The notes: generated from the letters alone by a model not told the origin. DNA of 64,000 nt from the human T2T-CHM13v2.0 reference genome, Homo sapiens (GCF_009914755.1 NC_060936.1), one strand, 5' to 3'. Positions 39,309 through 55,872 are shown, counted from the stretch's first letter. Translations and numbers: made by a program.

Positions 39309-40741
39309 CTGTAAGACACAAAAGTTATAAACTGATGATTGTGGACTATAAATCATTATAGTCATCTCCTACAGGTTATTTTTGGTTAAAATTTTTATTT
39401 AAGGCTTAGACAAAGGGTTAAACTTATCTGTTAAGAAGAGTATTTAGAAATATAAATTACTTTCACATTAGCTGTGCCCTTACTCTTTTTTAGAGTTAAT
39501 GCCTCACTTTGTCACCCATGCTAGAGTACATACAGTAGCATGGTCATAGCTCACTGCAGGCTTGATGTCCTGGGCTCAAGTGATCCTCCCACCTCAGTTG
39601 TCTCCCAAAGTGCTAGGATTATAGACGTGAGCTACTGCTCCTGGCCTGGCCAGTTTTTCAATTTTTGTTGAGTTGGGGTCTCACTATGTTGCCCAGAACT
39701 CCTGGCCTCAAACAATCCTCTTGCCTCAGCCTCCTGAGTTGCTGGGATTACAGGTGTGAATGACCATGTCCAGCATGCCTTTTATTTCTCTTTAAAAAAC
39801 CAGCCAGGTGCAGTGGCTCACGCCTGTAATCCCAGCACTCTGGGAGGCTGAGGAGGGTGGATCACAAGGTCAGGAGTTCAAGACCAGCCTGGCCAAGATG
39901 GTGAAACCCCGTCTCTACTAAAAATACAAAAATTAGCTGGGTGTGGTGGCGGGTACCTGTAATCCCAGCTACTTGGGAGGGTGAGGCAGAGAATTGCTTG
40001 AACCTGGAAGGCAGAGGCTGCAGTGAGCCAAGATCGCGCCACTGTACTCCAGCCTGGGTGACAGAGTGGGACTCTGTCTCGAAAAAAAAGGAAAGAAAAA
40101 AAACAAAAACAAAAACCAATAAGCAAATGTGAAGACTGTTGAGCTATTTCCCAGTTGCTCTTATCCCTACTTTTATTTCTATATTTAGAAATAAAGTATA
40201 TTTAAATATTCCATATTTAAGTTCAGAACAATCTCAGAGTTAGTGAGTCCTGAAAATAGAACAAAATAGATGAAACTATAATATTTACATTGGCTTGGTT
40301 TATTTGAGATCAATACAGATACCCACATGTCAGACACCTTTAAAAAGCATTTAGGAAATAAAATAGAAATTCCTCTACTCTTTTATAATACCCCCCTAGG
40401 ATACCATATAGAATTTAACACATCTCAAAAGTGACGTAATGAGGCTGGGCGCAGTGGCTCTTGTCTGTAATCCCAGCACTTTGGGAGACTGGGGCAGGTG
40501 AATTGCTTGAGCTCAAGAGTTCAAGACCAACCTGGGCAACATGGCAAAACCCTGTCTACAAAATATTAGCTGGCTGTGGTAGCACATGCCTGTAGTACCA
40601 GCTACTCAGGAGGGTGAGGCAGAAGGATCGCTTGAGCCGATCGGTGAGCCGAGATTGCACCAGTGCACTCCAGCCTGGGTGACAGAGTGAGACTCTTTCT
40701 CGAAAAAAATTTTTTTTTGTTTTTGTCAGTGCTAGGAGTAG

Positions 40742-40882
<141 letters not shown>

Positions 40883-41379
40883 TGAGTAGCTGGAACTACA
40901 GGCATGCACCACCACGTCTAGCTAATTTTTGTATTTTTTGTACAAAGGGTGTTTAGACATGTGGCCTAGGCTGGTGTTAGACTCTGGGGCTCAAGTGATT
41001 TGCCCACCTTGCCCTCCTCAAGTGCTGGGATTACAGGAGCAAGCTACCACATACAGTCACACACAATTTTTTTTTTATGACCTTGGATGGGTTACATCTT
41101 GGGCCACTGTTTTCTCATCTGTACAATGAGAGCTGTTGTCCTAAGATTTTGATGGTCCTCTCCAAATCTAATATGGAACCTCAGAAACCCAACTGAAAAA
41201 CAGTTACATAGTAGAAACTCATCTGGTAGCTACTTAACTGACTTAGGTATTGGGTGACAGAGCAATTCTTCTACCTTTAAATCATAGACATTATATATAT
41301 TCAGACCTAATGCCATGCTTACTAAAGCCAATAGCAACTCATTTTTCTTTTAGTTTTCCTTAGTTTCCTTGTGTAGTAC

Positions 41380-41521
41380 CTGTTTTAGGATGAACACTAA
41401 AAGGGCTCTTCAGTAGATGATTGATTCCTTTGCTGACATTGATATCCAGCCGTGGAAAACAGTACTGGAGCATAATCTCCCACTCCAGCCAGGGTCCATA
41501 TTTGTCATTTTTGATGTTATT
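41380..41521 (-). CDS. PRIM1: PRIM1 exon 9 (includes catalytic D306, PRLDINVS)
   Basis: tttag| ... |gtacta, 142 nt. Confidence 0.95.
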
Positions 41522-41690
41522 CTAAAAGCAGATACAAGGCCAACATGAGGATCAGTAGGAACTGTTGAAGATTTCTTTAAAGAAAGTTAAAAAAACGATC
41601 TTCAACCATCTTTAACTGACTAGGCAAAGCAATCAATTTAATTAAGAATTGCATTATTATATCTGTAATACAGATTTCAGTGGCATATAC

Positions 41691-41782
41691 CTGATATCTG
41701 CTGGCTACTTTCTTCAAGTGCTCCCAACGCTGAAGTGAATTGTGAGACTTTTGGAAGCTTTGTTGAAGTTCATCATGAATTG
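41691..41782 (-). CDS. PRIM1: PRIM1 exon 8 (TIHDELQQ...ASRYQ), preceded by an AC acceptor
   Basis: TTCCTTAATgacccatcAC|CA ATT CAT ... |gtatat, 92 nt. Confidence 0.94.
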
Positions 41783-42931
<1,149 letters not shown>

Positions 42932-43041
42932 TTTCAGGAACAAGGGCTAAAATCTTATCCCAGCTTTCTTTATTTTCGAGAATATCTTGATTAACCAAGG
43001 CATATTCTTCAAAGTATTTTTTTATTATGTTTATAGATTTT
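42932..43041 (-). CDS. PRIM1: PRIM1 exon 7 (RKSINIIKKY...ALVPE)
   Basis: ttacag| ... |atatcctt, 110 nt; within ORF 42897..43142. Confidence 0.94.
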
Positions 43042-43649
43042 CTGTAAGAACAACAATAACAACAGAGTCCCAACACTATCAGTAACACATATGCCACATA
43101 GGTATTGCTGCCATTGTGGGGAAAACTACTGCTTATTTTCATGACATTTTCAGAACTTAACTAGGTAAAATGGGAATACTACCCTGTGCAGGGTTATGAT
43201 AATTAAATGAGACACTTTTAAGGGAAAAGAACCTGACATAGAACCTGGCACAGAATGGGTATACAAGAAATGTTTACTTTTTAAACCTCACAACTTAGAA
43301 GGTTAATATACGCAATAAGGGTAGAAAGTAACCAACCCAGGACACCATAATACATCAGTAGTAGAATGTGGGATGCAGCCTACACTTTCCACTGTGAATT
43401 GCTTGTATTAATATCTCAACAATCATATAATGTTTGCAGTTTACAAATATGCATCACATTTACTCTTTCACTTAATCATTGATACAACTGTGAGACAGGT
43501 AGAGTGCATGCTGTTCTCCCCATCATAGAGATAAGGAAATGGAGGCAGCAATATTTTGTCAATATTTTATCAAGATCATAGTAAGTGGCAGAATAGGAAT
43601 TTTTACTCCTAATATAAGGCTTTTTCCACTATCCTAGAGAAGTAGTGAA

Positions 43650-43900
43650 TTCAGTGGAAAAAGCATTGGAGTAGGCTTTACAGTCAGGCAGACCAGGGCA
43701 TGAATCCTAAATTTAACAACTAACTTGTCGTGTGATGCCAAGCTCATTATAAAATCTCTCTAAAACTCATTTTCCTTATCTATAAATGGAGATACCATCA
43801 AGTCTCTTGTGGGGTTTTTTTGAAGAGCAATGAGAACATCTGTAAAGCACCTTTTAGGAATACTGCAGCATAAAATAGGCACTCAATTAACCATAGCTAT
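43650..43900 (+). mobile_element. MIR SINE fragment
   Basis: Core CTCATTTTCCTTATCTATAAATGGAGATA and 3' TAGGCACTCAAT. Confidence 0.55.
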
Positions 43901-44009
43901 TATTATTATAAAATGCTACCCAGCAGTGAAAATTGATAGCAAGGTAACTCTAAAGGCACATGCCGGTAAATCAGACACCTTAAAGTGCTTGGAGACTTTT
44001 CCAACAGAC

Positions 44010-44068
44010 CTGATAAAAGGGTGAATTTTTTCACTTAGGTGAACTTTCTTTTTAACGTCTTGACCACC
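44010..44068 (-). CDS. PRIM1: PRIM1 exon 6 (GGQDVKKKVHLSEKIHPFI)
   Basis: ttcag| ... |gtctg, 59 nt, ends at c.638. Confidence 0.94.
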
Positions 44069-44117
44069 CTGAAAAATAAATCATTAAAAAAGAACTTCAG
44101 GTATACAATATAAATAC

Positions 44118-44738
<621 letters not shown>

Positions 44739-44754
44739 AATTAAAACATTTCTA

Positions 44755-45105
<351 letters not shown>

Positions 45106-45568
45106 TCAGCATTTTGGGAGCCTGAAGTGGGAGGATAGTTTGAGTTTAGGAGTTCAAGAACACCCTGGGCAATATAGTGAGACCTTGTTTCTGCAAAAAT
45201 TAAAAAATTGGCTGGGCGTGGTGGCGCATGCCTTTAGTCCCAGCTACTCAGGAGGCTGAGGTAGAAGGGTCACTTGAGACCAGGAGGTCAAGGCTGCAGT
45301 GAGCTGTGGTCACGTTACCGTACTCCAGCCTGGGTGACAGGGTGAGACCGTGTCTCAAAACAAAACAAAACAAAACAAAAAAAACCAAAAAAACAAACCA
45401 AAACCAAAACCAAACTTTAACATGTTCTATTATTTTATATATAATAAATCTATTTTATCTATTATTTTACATATGCCACAAAGCAAGATATTTATAGCAA
45501 AATAAAATGAAATATCTTAAAACATGTAGCTACTATGACTTTAAATGATCTATTGGTAAGATCATTTA

Positions 45569-45947
<379 letters not shown>

Positions 45948-45990
45948 CTAGAAACTAAAGCAATGCAAATTAGAATTAAGAGGATCTTAC

Positions 45991-46127
45991 CTTTACAAGG
46001 CTCAAATACTCAACTATCCCAGAACGTACTGCAGAAGACAGTTTTCTAACTGATTCATCACAGACCCAACAATGAACACCTCTCCTTCCAGAATATACCC
46101 AGAGACGATGCTTAAATCCAAAGTCCT
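45991..46127 (-). CDS. PRIM1: PRIM1 exon 5 ([22 protein letters not shown]...)
   Basis: cctcag| ... |gtaag, 137 nt; primase SGRRGVH motif. Confidence 0.96.
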
Positions 46128-46571
46128 CTGAGGAAGAGAGAAATAATAGGTTTTAAAACAAATCTATAAACTCCTTAATTAATGTATATTAAATTACTTG
46201 TTGTTTCCTGTGCTCCCCATGTTCTTGCTTCATCTCTTTACCCATCCTGGTCTCTCTGCTGGGAATTTCTTTCTTTTTTAAAAAACTATTTTATTAGGCC
46301 AGGTGTGGTAGCTCACGCCTGTAATCCCAGCACTCTGGGAGGCCGAGGTGGGCAGATCACGAGGTCAGGAGTTCGAGACCAGCCTGACCAACATGGTGAA
46401 ACGCTGCCTCTACTAAAAATACAAAAATTAACTGGGCGTGGTGGCGTGCGCCTGTAGTCCCAGCTACTCAGGAGGCTGAGGCAGGAGAATCACTTGAACC
46501 CAGGAGGCAGAGGTTGCAGTGAGCCGACATTGTACCACTGCACTCCAGCCTGGCTGACAGAGTGAGACTCG

Positions 46572-46572
<1 letters not shown>

Positions 46573-46620
<48 letters not shown>
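46573..46620. repeat. (CA)24 microsatellite replacing an Alu tail
   Basis: 48-nt perfect CA run. Confidence 0.97.
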
Positions 46621-46622
<2 letters not shown>

Positions 46623-46724
46623 TTAATGAGATTTGATCACAAAATACAGAGACTAATAGTTAATAGTAGTCAGAGGAAAACCGATTCTTACACTTGACCC
46701 CATTCAGAAACTGCTGATACTTGC

Positions 46725-46798
46725 CCTTCAATGCTCTGTCAATGATGCGTATGGCCATTGTCATGAGGGTCCAGCACTTAGGACATATGTCTGCAGAA
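46725..46798 (-). CDS. PRIM1: PRIM1 exon 4 (SADICPKCW...RALK), followed by a GC donor
   Basis: tttag| ... AAG G|gcaagt, 74 nt. Confidence 0.93.
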
Positions 46799-46869
46799 CT
46801 AAAGCAGAGTCATCATTACTCATTGTCAGTGATACCACCCACCCTAACAGCAAGACACACAGTGCTCAC

Positions 46870-46976
46870 CTACAACATCTCCTCACATCGTCATAGTCTG
46901 TCATGTCAATGTCAAATACCAGTTCTTTTTCCTGAGCCTGGAAAGCTCCCAGCTTCACTGTATTGTGTTGATTGGG
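46870..46976 (-). CDS. PRIM1: PRIM1 exon 3 (catalytic D109/D111, [11 protein letters not shown])
   Basis: tgtag| ... |gtgagc, 107 nt. Confidence 0.96.
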
Positions 46977-48383
46977 CTACAGATACAAAATATTGATCAG
47001 TTTCTATAAGAGCTGCCACACTGCTAAATCTGCTTATTTTCTACACATATGGAAAAAGTTGCCAAACAGAAATAAAGAGACTATATAATGCCAACTTTAT
47101 GACAGTGAAAGTTCATTATTTTGGATCTTACACATACACTATTGATGAGAGTCTTAACTTTCACCAACTTAAAGCAGGGTTTAATGAATACATATCCATC
47201 ATAAATGTTTGTTGGTCAATAAGGATAATAATAAAGCTGTTTTTAGTTTTCTGACAAGGGAACGTATACAAATAATGGCCTATTGCAAGGTGTTTTAAGA
47301 ACCTTTACTTGTTACCATACATAGAAGTATTTAAAAATTTTTCAATAATTCAAAAAGATCTCCCCAATTAGTTTGAATTGAGACTTTATTATAAAGAGGC
47401 TATGAGAAGCTGGGCACAGTGGCTCATGCCTGTAATCCCAGCACTTTGAGAGGCTGAGGCGGGCAGATCACTTGAGGTCAGGAGTTTGAAACCAGCCTGG
47501 CCAATATGGTGAAACTGTCTCCCTACTAAAGATACAAAAAATAGCCGGGTGTGATGGCATATGCCTGTAGTCCCAGCTACTTGGGAAGCTGAAGCAGGAG
47601 TATCATTGAACCCGGGAGGTGGAAGTTGCTGTGAGTCAAGATCACGCCACTGCACTCCAGCCTGGGTGACAGAGCGAGACTCTGTCTCAAAAAAAAGAAC
47701 CTGAGAGGTTAATTCCACCATAAGTTTTTATAACTGTAAGTCAGAAGGGAGTGATTACTGAGGAGATTCATAAAACTAAATCTTAGGCTGTCAGTAAGGA
47801 AAGATAAGAGGCGCAACCCAATTTATACCTCAGAACCCCCAAAAGGCTCAGGGATAGGTGATACCAGGTATTGTTGGAATGAGTAAGTGCGTGTTTAGTG
47901 AAGCTGAGATGAAAAACAGGAAGATTTTTCAAGGCCACCCTTGACTGAAGGAAAAAAAAAAGGAGGATTGGTTCAAAGCATAGTTAAGAAGCAGTTAGCT
48001 ACCCAGATTCGTACACTTAGCTTGCAGAGCTAGGTGACTGCTCTTTCATTTCCCTGGCAGAAGACACCTGAATTATTTTCCAGAGAGCATAAAACAGAAG
48101 GTCCCTGGACTTGGACAACAAGTACAATTGAAGAGTGTGTTGTATTGATATTACAAATTGATATTAGGGGAATAATTAGACATTTATATGTGGAATGTTA
48201 AGACCCAGCCCTTTCCACCCACTTCTGTACTCTTCCACTACCAACTCAGGCAGGAAGCTAGAAGATTTCTCTCTAAATAATCTGAACAGGGCTGGGCGCA
48301 GTGGCTCACGACTGTAATCTCAGCACTTTGGGAGGCTGAGGCGGGCAGATCACGAGGTCAGGAGATCGAGACCAACCTGGCTA

Positions 48384-48896
<513 letters not shown>

Positions 48897-48935
48897 TCAA
48901 CAAAAGAAAGAAAGAAAGTAGTTGCTTCTGGGTAG

Positions 48936-49171
<236 letters not shown>

Positions 49172-49825
49172 TGAACTCCTGACCTCAAGTTATCTGCTCG
49201 CCTCAGCCTCTCAAAGTGCTAGAGTTACAGGTGTGAACCACCGGCCCAGCCTGGTAGCAGATTTTTTAAAAGCCGAATAGAAGTACTTGATTTTGTAAAC
49301 CATGTGCATACATAACTGACAAAAATCACAAAACAAAACACAAAAAGTAAATAAAGGTCTATAGATGCTTCTGTCTTGGCCCAAGAAAAAAATGAGACGT
49401 TTTCTCCCTTTAGAAATTAAGGAGAAGGAAGTAGAGAGTGGCACCCTAACCCTTCTTAGAAGTTCATTTTCAGTTTTATTCTCAACCTATAAAGGGGAAG
49501 TAAAACAACTCCAAAGTATTTTTTTCTGCCTGCCTTTTATTACCTCTTCTCCCCTTACTTTGATGATGAGAGACGGGTCTGGGATTTAGAGTCAGAAACC
49601 CTGGGTTTAAGTGCCAGCTCTATCATTTAGAAATTGTGTGTGAGCTTGTGCAAACTATTCAAGTTCTCTGGGCCTGTTTCCTCCTTTGTAAAAAGAATGA
49701 GGATTGATACAAGTAACAAGTTATATAACATGAAAAACTCCACATAAAAGCTATTATGCTATGTATGTATTCCCTCCACCCACCAGTGTATATATTTGAG
49801 AAGGGGAAGAAGGGCAATTTTGGTT

Positions 49826-50370
49826 TGTTCATTCACTCAACAAATATTTATAGTGTACTGTCTCTTGCCAGGCACTCTTCTAGGGTACTTAGAATATACC
49901 AGTGGCAGGGGGTGGGAGGAGTGGCAGGTTTTAGTAGACCTCACTGAGAAGGTGCTATTTGAGCAAAGATTTGAAGGAGGTGAGGGGATGAACCAAGTAT
50001 AGAAATGGGTTTTAGGCAGTGGAAACAGCTTGAGCAAGGGTCAGTGTGGCAGGAATGAATGAGGGGGAGAGAAGGACTTTTAGTCAGTGAAATGAGCAGC
50101 CACCAGAGAATGTTTTCAGCAGAGGAATCACAGATTCTGAGTTGTTTTAAAAGGATTACTCTAGCTTCTGTATTGACAATGGACTCTAGATTCTACAAAG
50201 GCAAACTGTTAGGAGGTTTTTACAGTAATTCAGATGAGATGATAATGTTGGTAGCACTGGTAGTAGTGGCTGGATTTTAGATACACTTATGGTAGAGCCA
50301 AAGGGATTTCCTAATAGAATGGGTATGGGAATGTGAGAGAGAGGAATCAAGAATAACTCCAGGGGTATGA
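49826..50370 (-). mobile_element. L2 LINE 3' fragment
   Basis: Typical reversed L2 tail TTCATTCACTCAACAAATATTTAT...TGCCAGGCACT. Confidence 0.55.
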
Positions 50371-50403
50371 AGGAAAAAGAATATAAATGTTTATTATGAC
50401 TGA

Positions 50404-50858
<455 letters not shown>

Positions 50859-50979
50859 TAAAAAGTGGCTTTTCATCTAGAATAAACTCTAAAAATTTAA
50901 TCTCAAAACGCAAGAGGAATCAACCCATTCTTGGTTTACAAAATAAAACAACAAAATATATTAAAAAAAGATTTCTTAC

Positions 50980-51137
50980 TCTGTGAGAATATACTGCGCC
51001 TATATCAATCTTGTATGGATTCATTTTCTGCATCTCCTTTTCCAGATCACTCTGGTTGTTGAAGGATTGGTAGCGAATGTAAATATCATCTTTCAATGTG
51101 AATGAAAATTCACGGTGTTGAAAGTAATTCTTTATCA
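50980..51137 (-). CDS. PRIM1: PRIM1 exon 2 ([13 protein letters not shown]...AVYSHR)
   Basis: ttgcag| ... |gtaaga, 158 nt; within ORF 50920..51156. Confidence 0.96.
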
Positions 51138-51908
51138 CTGCAAAATAAATGTACATTTTAAAGTTAATTTGCTACTTTATTTGGCTCAGGGCATTATAAT
51201 TTTAGCCAATGAGAAGTTTTTTTTTTCGGTGAGGGAATCTTGCTTGCTTCCTGCTCTGTCGCCCAGACTGGAGTGCAGTGGCTCGATAAAGGCTCACTGC
51301 AACCTCCGCCTCCCGGGTTCAAGGGATCCTACCACCTCAGCCTCCCGAGGCTGTAGCTGGGACTACAGGCATGCGACCCACCATGCCCAGATAATTTTTG
51401 TATTTTTTGTAGAAACGGGGTTTCACCATGTTGGCCAGGCTGGTCTCGAATTCCTGACCTCAGGTAATCCGTCCTCCTCGGCTTTCCAAAGTGCTGGGAT
51501 TATAGGCGTAAGCCACGGCACTCGGCCCGAGAAGATGTTTTTAATGAGCCCCCTATGCTCAACACCGTGGTAGATGTAAAAGAAAAACAAAACAAAATCC
51601 ACATGACCTAGTCCCTAATTTGAAAGCAGTTACCATTCCGTATTTGCTAGGGAACGGTACAAAAGATGAAACAGATGCATAAATATTTTAAATATGTAAT
51701 GCCACCCCTCTCTCCTCGATTCGCACTAATAAATTCAGCTGCAAGGAAGAAAGTATTTCTCTTCCTCTGAGAGAGGCTCTTCCGCTCCTGATGCAAACCA
51801 TGCCTCAGCAGCTTCACGCTACGCCCCAGTAACCCCCTGGGCACCGCTGCAGGTAAACGGGGCACCTAATGTGAGCCTGACCACGCAGAGGTAGGAGCGG
51901 CGGCTCTG

Positions 51909-51939
<31 letters not shown>

Positions 51940-52139
51940 GCGTGGCCGCAGGCTGGCTTATTATATCCTCTCTCGGCCCATTTACACCTATGAAGTGGTG
52001 GGGCGGGCTCGAGAGAGCAAATGAAGGCGCGCGGCACAAAGCCTGGTGCACAGAAGGCGCTTCATATTGTCATTCTAAGGACACCCCGCCTCCAACCTCC
52101 TCACACTCCGCTCCCGAACCCATTCCTCGCCTCCATCAC

Positions 52140-52242
52140 CTCCACCGTAGTTGAGCCAGCGATAGTACTGAGAGTAGGGAAAGAGCCTCCGGTAATAAAG
52201 TTTAAGCAGCTCGGGCAGCTCGGTGGGGTCAAACGTCTCCAT
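52140..52242 (-). CDS. PRIM1: PRIM1 exon 1 coding part; DNA primase small (catalytic) subunit (METFDPTELPELLKLYYRRLFPY...)
   Basis: ATG at 52242; GGA G|gtgatg, 103 nt. Confidence 0.96.
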
Positions 52243-52530
52243 TGAGCGCGGAACTCGCCACGGTAAGGATTACCACAGGAATTGGCGGGAACAGCACGGC
52301 CGGCGGCCCCGCGACTGCGCAGGCGCTTATGGCCGAGGTCGGCTGTCTGACCCGGCGGCCCGCAGTCCGCCGGGGCCGCCGGGAATTGTAGTTCCCACTT
52401 GGTGCGCGCGGGGGCTGCGGGAGACGCAGCAGTTTGCGATCTGCCCACGCGTTCGGGCACTAGGGCCACCGCTCTTGTGGGCAGAAGGCCGCGTCCATTC
52501 CAGGAAGAGGATCTTCTCCGGAAATGTGAG
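52243..52530 (-). promoter_or_regulatory. PRIM1: PRIM1 5' UTR and CpG-island promoter with E2F, NRF1-like and ZNF143-type motifs
   Basis: TTGGCGGGAA 52282-52291; GCGCAGGCGC 52317-52326; ACTACAATTCCC (minus) 52392-52381. Confidence 0.8.
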
Positions 52531-52564
52531 ACCTATAGCATATTGATTTAGGTTATTAAGATGA

Positions 52565-52936
<372 letters not shown>

Positions 52937-53340
52937 GACACCAGTATCTTTTAAAAACGTTTGTAGGCAGGTGCGGTGGCTCATGCTTGTAACGTCAGCA
53001 CTTTGGGAGGCCAAGGCAGGAGGATCGCTTGAGGCCAGGAGTTCGAGACCGGTTGGGGCAACATTGTGAGATCTCTGTCTACACACACGCACCCACACAC
53101 AACTAGCCAGATGTAGTTGCGTGCGCCTGTAGTCCCAGCTACCCTAGAGGCTGAAGGGTTGGGGGCGGGGAGTGGGGGGAGGGGGCAATCAATCTCTCGA
53201 GCTTGGGAGGTCCAGGCTGTTGTGAGCCATGATAGTGCCACTGCACTCCAGTCTGGGCAACAGAGAAAGACCGTGTCTAAAAAAAAAAAAGTTTTGGAAA
53301 TTAGTTCTTCATGGAATTTCATGAATTACTAGATCCAATA

Positions 53341-53866
53341 TGTGGAAATAAATAACCAAATGAGAAAAGCATAGGCTATTTATTCAGAGCTTACTATAGC
53401 AAGGGAGTCAGCCATCATCACTTGCATTTGACAGGACTCAAAGGCAGGCAGAGGAGTAGGAAAGCTTTATAAAAAAGGGAAGCCGTCAAGGTATTCTTTG
53501 ATTGGAGGCTGTTGGCATGGAGAAGCTGTACCTGGGCTAACTAGTAGTAGGATGCGGTATGTGATTGGTTTAGGGGTGGGTGTTTGGCTTTCTTTGGTTG
53601 GACCTATGTTGGAAGCTGTTAAGGAAGCTGTAGGATACTAGTTAAGGCATTTGGGCCCATTGCTACAGGGGTTGTTGTTTGGCCTCCAGGATCATCATTA
53701 GAGATAGCAGTTTGACTTTATACAAGTCTGACTTGTAGCAAGCTTGCTTCCTGTGCTGTTTATTATAGATAAGGGGGTTGGTTTCCCCAGCAGGTTGCTG
53801 TAGATTGTGGGTCAGAGTTCTGTTTTTATATATGGTCTGGCTGCTGTTCATATATTTAGTCTCTCA
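53341..53866 (-). mobile_element. Probable solo LTR (subfamily unassigned)
   Basis: TG...CA ends; AATAAA on minus near 53379-53384, close to the 3' end. Confidence 0.45.
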
Positions 53867-54063
53867 AATAGAACACCCAGGTATAAGAAAATATGAATTA
53901 TAGGAAGCTTGCAGAATCATGGAGAGCTTTACAAGTATGAAGGGAACCCATCTGCTATTGATGTGGAGATCTGCCAATCACTCTTACTGTGTAATGATAC
54001 CTTATGGCAATTGTGGGCTAGAGTGGGCAGTCACATGAATAACATGTCACATGAAAAACATAG

Positions 54064-54330
<267 letters not shown>

Positions 54331-54371
54331 TAAAGTGCTGGGATTACTTGTGTGAGCCACTACCTCTAGCC

Positions 54372-55872
54372 TTGTCTAGCACTTTTATCTTATGGAGATG
54401 GCTTCTCTCCTTAAACCTCATGAACCAACTTCTGCTGGCTTCAAACTTCTGCAGCTTTCTCACCTGTCTCAGCTTTCATATAATTAAAGAGAGTAACCTT
54501 GCTATGGGTGAGGCTTTGGCTTAAGGGAAGTTATGGCTGGTTTGATCTTCTATTCAGCACACTAAAAGTTTCTCCATATCAGCAATAAGGCTGTTTCACC
54601 TTCCTATCATTTGTGTGTTCCCTGAAGTAGCACTTGTAATTTTCTTCAGGAACTTTTCCGGGAAGGAACTTTTCCAGGCCAGGCCTGATAGCTTACACCT
54701 GTAATCCCAGCTCTTTGGGAGGCCAAGGTGGGCAGATCGCTTGAGTCAGGGAGTTCAAGACCAGTTTGGGCAACATGGCAAAACCCTGTCTCTACCAAAC
54801 CAAACCAAACAAACAAAAAAGCCCAGAAAAATTAACAGGGTGTGGTGGCATGCATCTGTGGCCTCAGCTGCTCAGGAGGCTGAGGTGGGAGGATCACTTG
54901 AGTCAGACAGGCAGAGGTTGCAGTGAGCCAGTATCGTGCCATTACACTCCAGCCTGGGTGACAGAGTAACACTCTGTCTCAAATTTAAGGCCGAGTGCAG
55001 TGGCTCACGCCTGTAATGCCAGCACTTTGGGAGGCCAAGGTGGGAGGATTGCCTGAGTCCAGGAGTTTGAGACCAGCCTGGGCAACATAGCGAGACCTCA
55101 TCTCTACAAAAACTACAAAAATTAGCCAGGTGTGGTGGCGCAGGCCTGTGGTGCCAGCTACTTGGGAGGCTGGGGTGGGAGGATCACCTGAGCCCAGGAG
55201 GCGGAGGGTGCAGTGAGCCAAGATTAGGGCACTGCACTCCAACCTGGGCAACAGACTGAGACCTGTCTCAAAAAAACAGAACTTTTCCTTCGTATTTACA
55301 ACTTGGCTAATTGCTTGGTGCAAGGGGCCTAGGTTTTGGTCTGTCTCAGCTTTCAACATTCCTTTCTCACTAAGCTTAATCATTTCTACGTTTTGATTTA
55401 AAGTGAGAGATGTGGGGCTCTTTTTGTCACTTGAATACTTAGAGGTCATTGTAGGGTTGTTAATTGGCTTAGTTTCAATATTGTTGTGTCTTAGGGAATA
55501 GGGAGGCCTGAGGAGAGGGAGAGAGAGAGGAGAACAGCATATTGGCAGAACAGTCAGAACACACACAACATTTATTGATTAAGTTTGTCTTCTTATATAG
55601 GCACAGTTCGTTGCACCCCCAAACAATTACAATAGTACCTCAAAGATCACTGATCACGGATCACCGTAACAGATACAATAATAATGAAAAAGTTTGAAAT
55701 ATTGCAAGGATTACCAAAATGTGACATAGAGACATGAAGCAAACACATGCTGTTGGAAAAATTGCACTAATAGACTCACTGTATGTAGGGTTGCCACAAA
55801 GCTTCAATGTGTAAAAAATGCAATATCTTTGGAGCATAATAAAGTGAAGCACAATAAAATGAGGTATTCCTG
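54372..55872 (-). mobile_element. Tigger1 (pogo) 5' portion interrupted by two Alus
   Basis: TA + CAGGAATACCTCATTTTATTG terminus at 55872; ORF 54985..55566 contains degenerate transposase N-terminus [22 protein letters not shown]. Confidence 0.85.

Noticed and set aside
52228-52230. PRIM1 codon 5, site of a known D5A polymorphism as I recall
   Set aside because: This sequence has GAC (Asp), the common allele; nothing unusual.
54985-55566. 193-aa ORF with a transposase-like segment
   Set aside because: Chance fusion of a decayed Tigger1 N-terminus with an antisense Alu; no catalytic domain.
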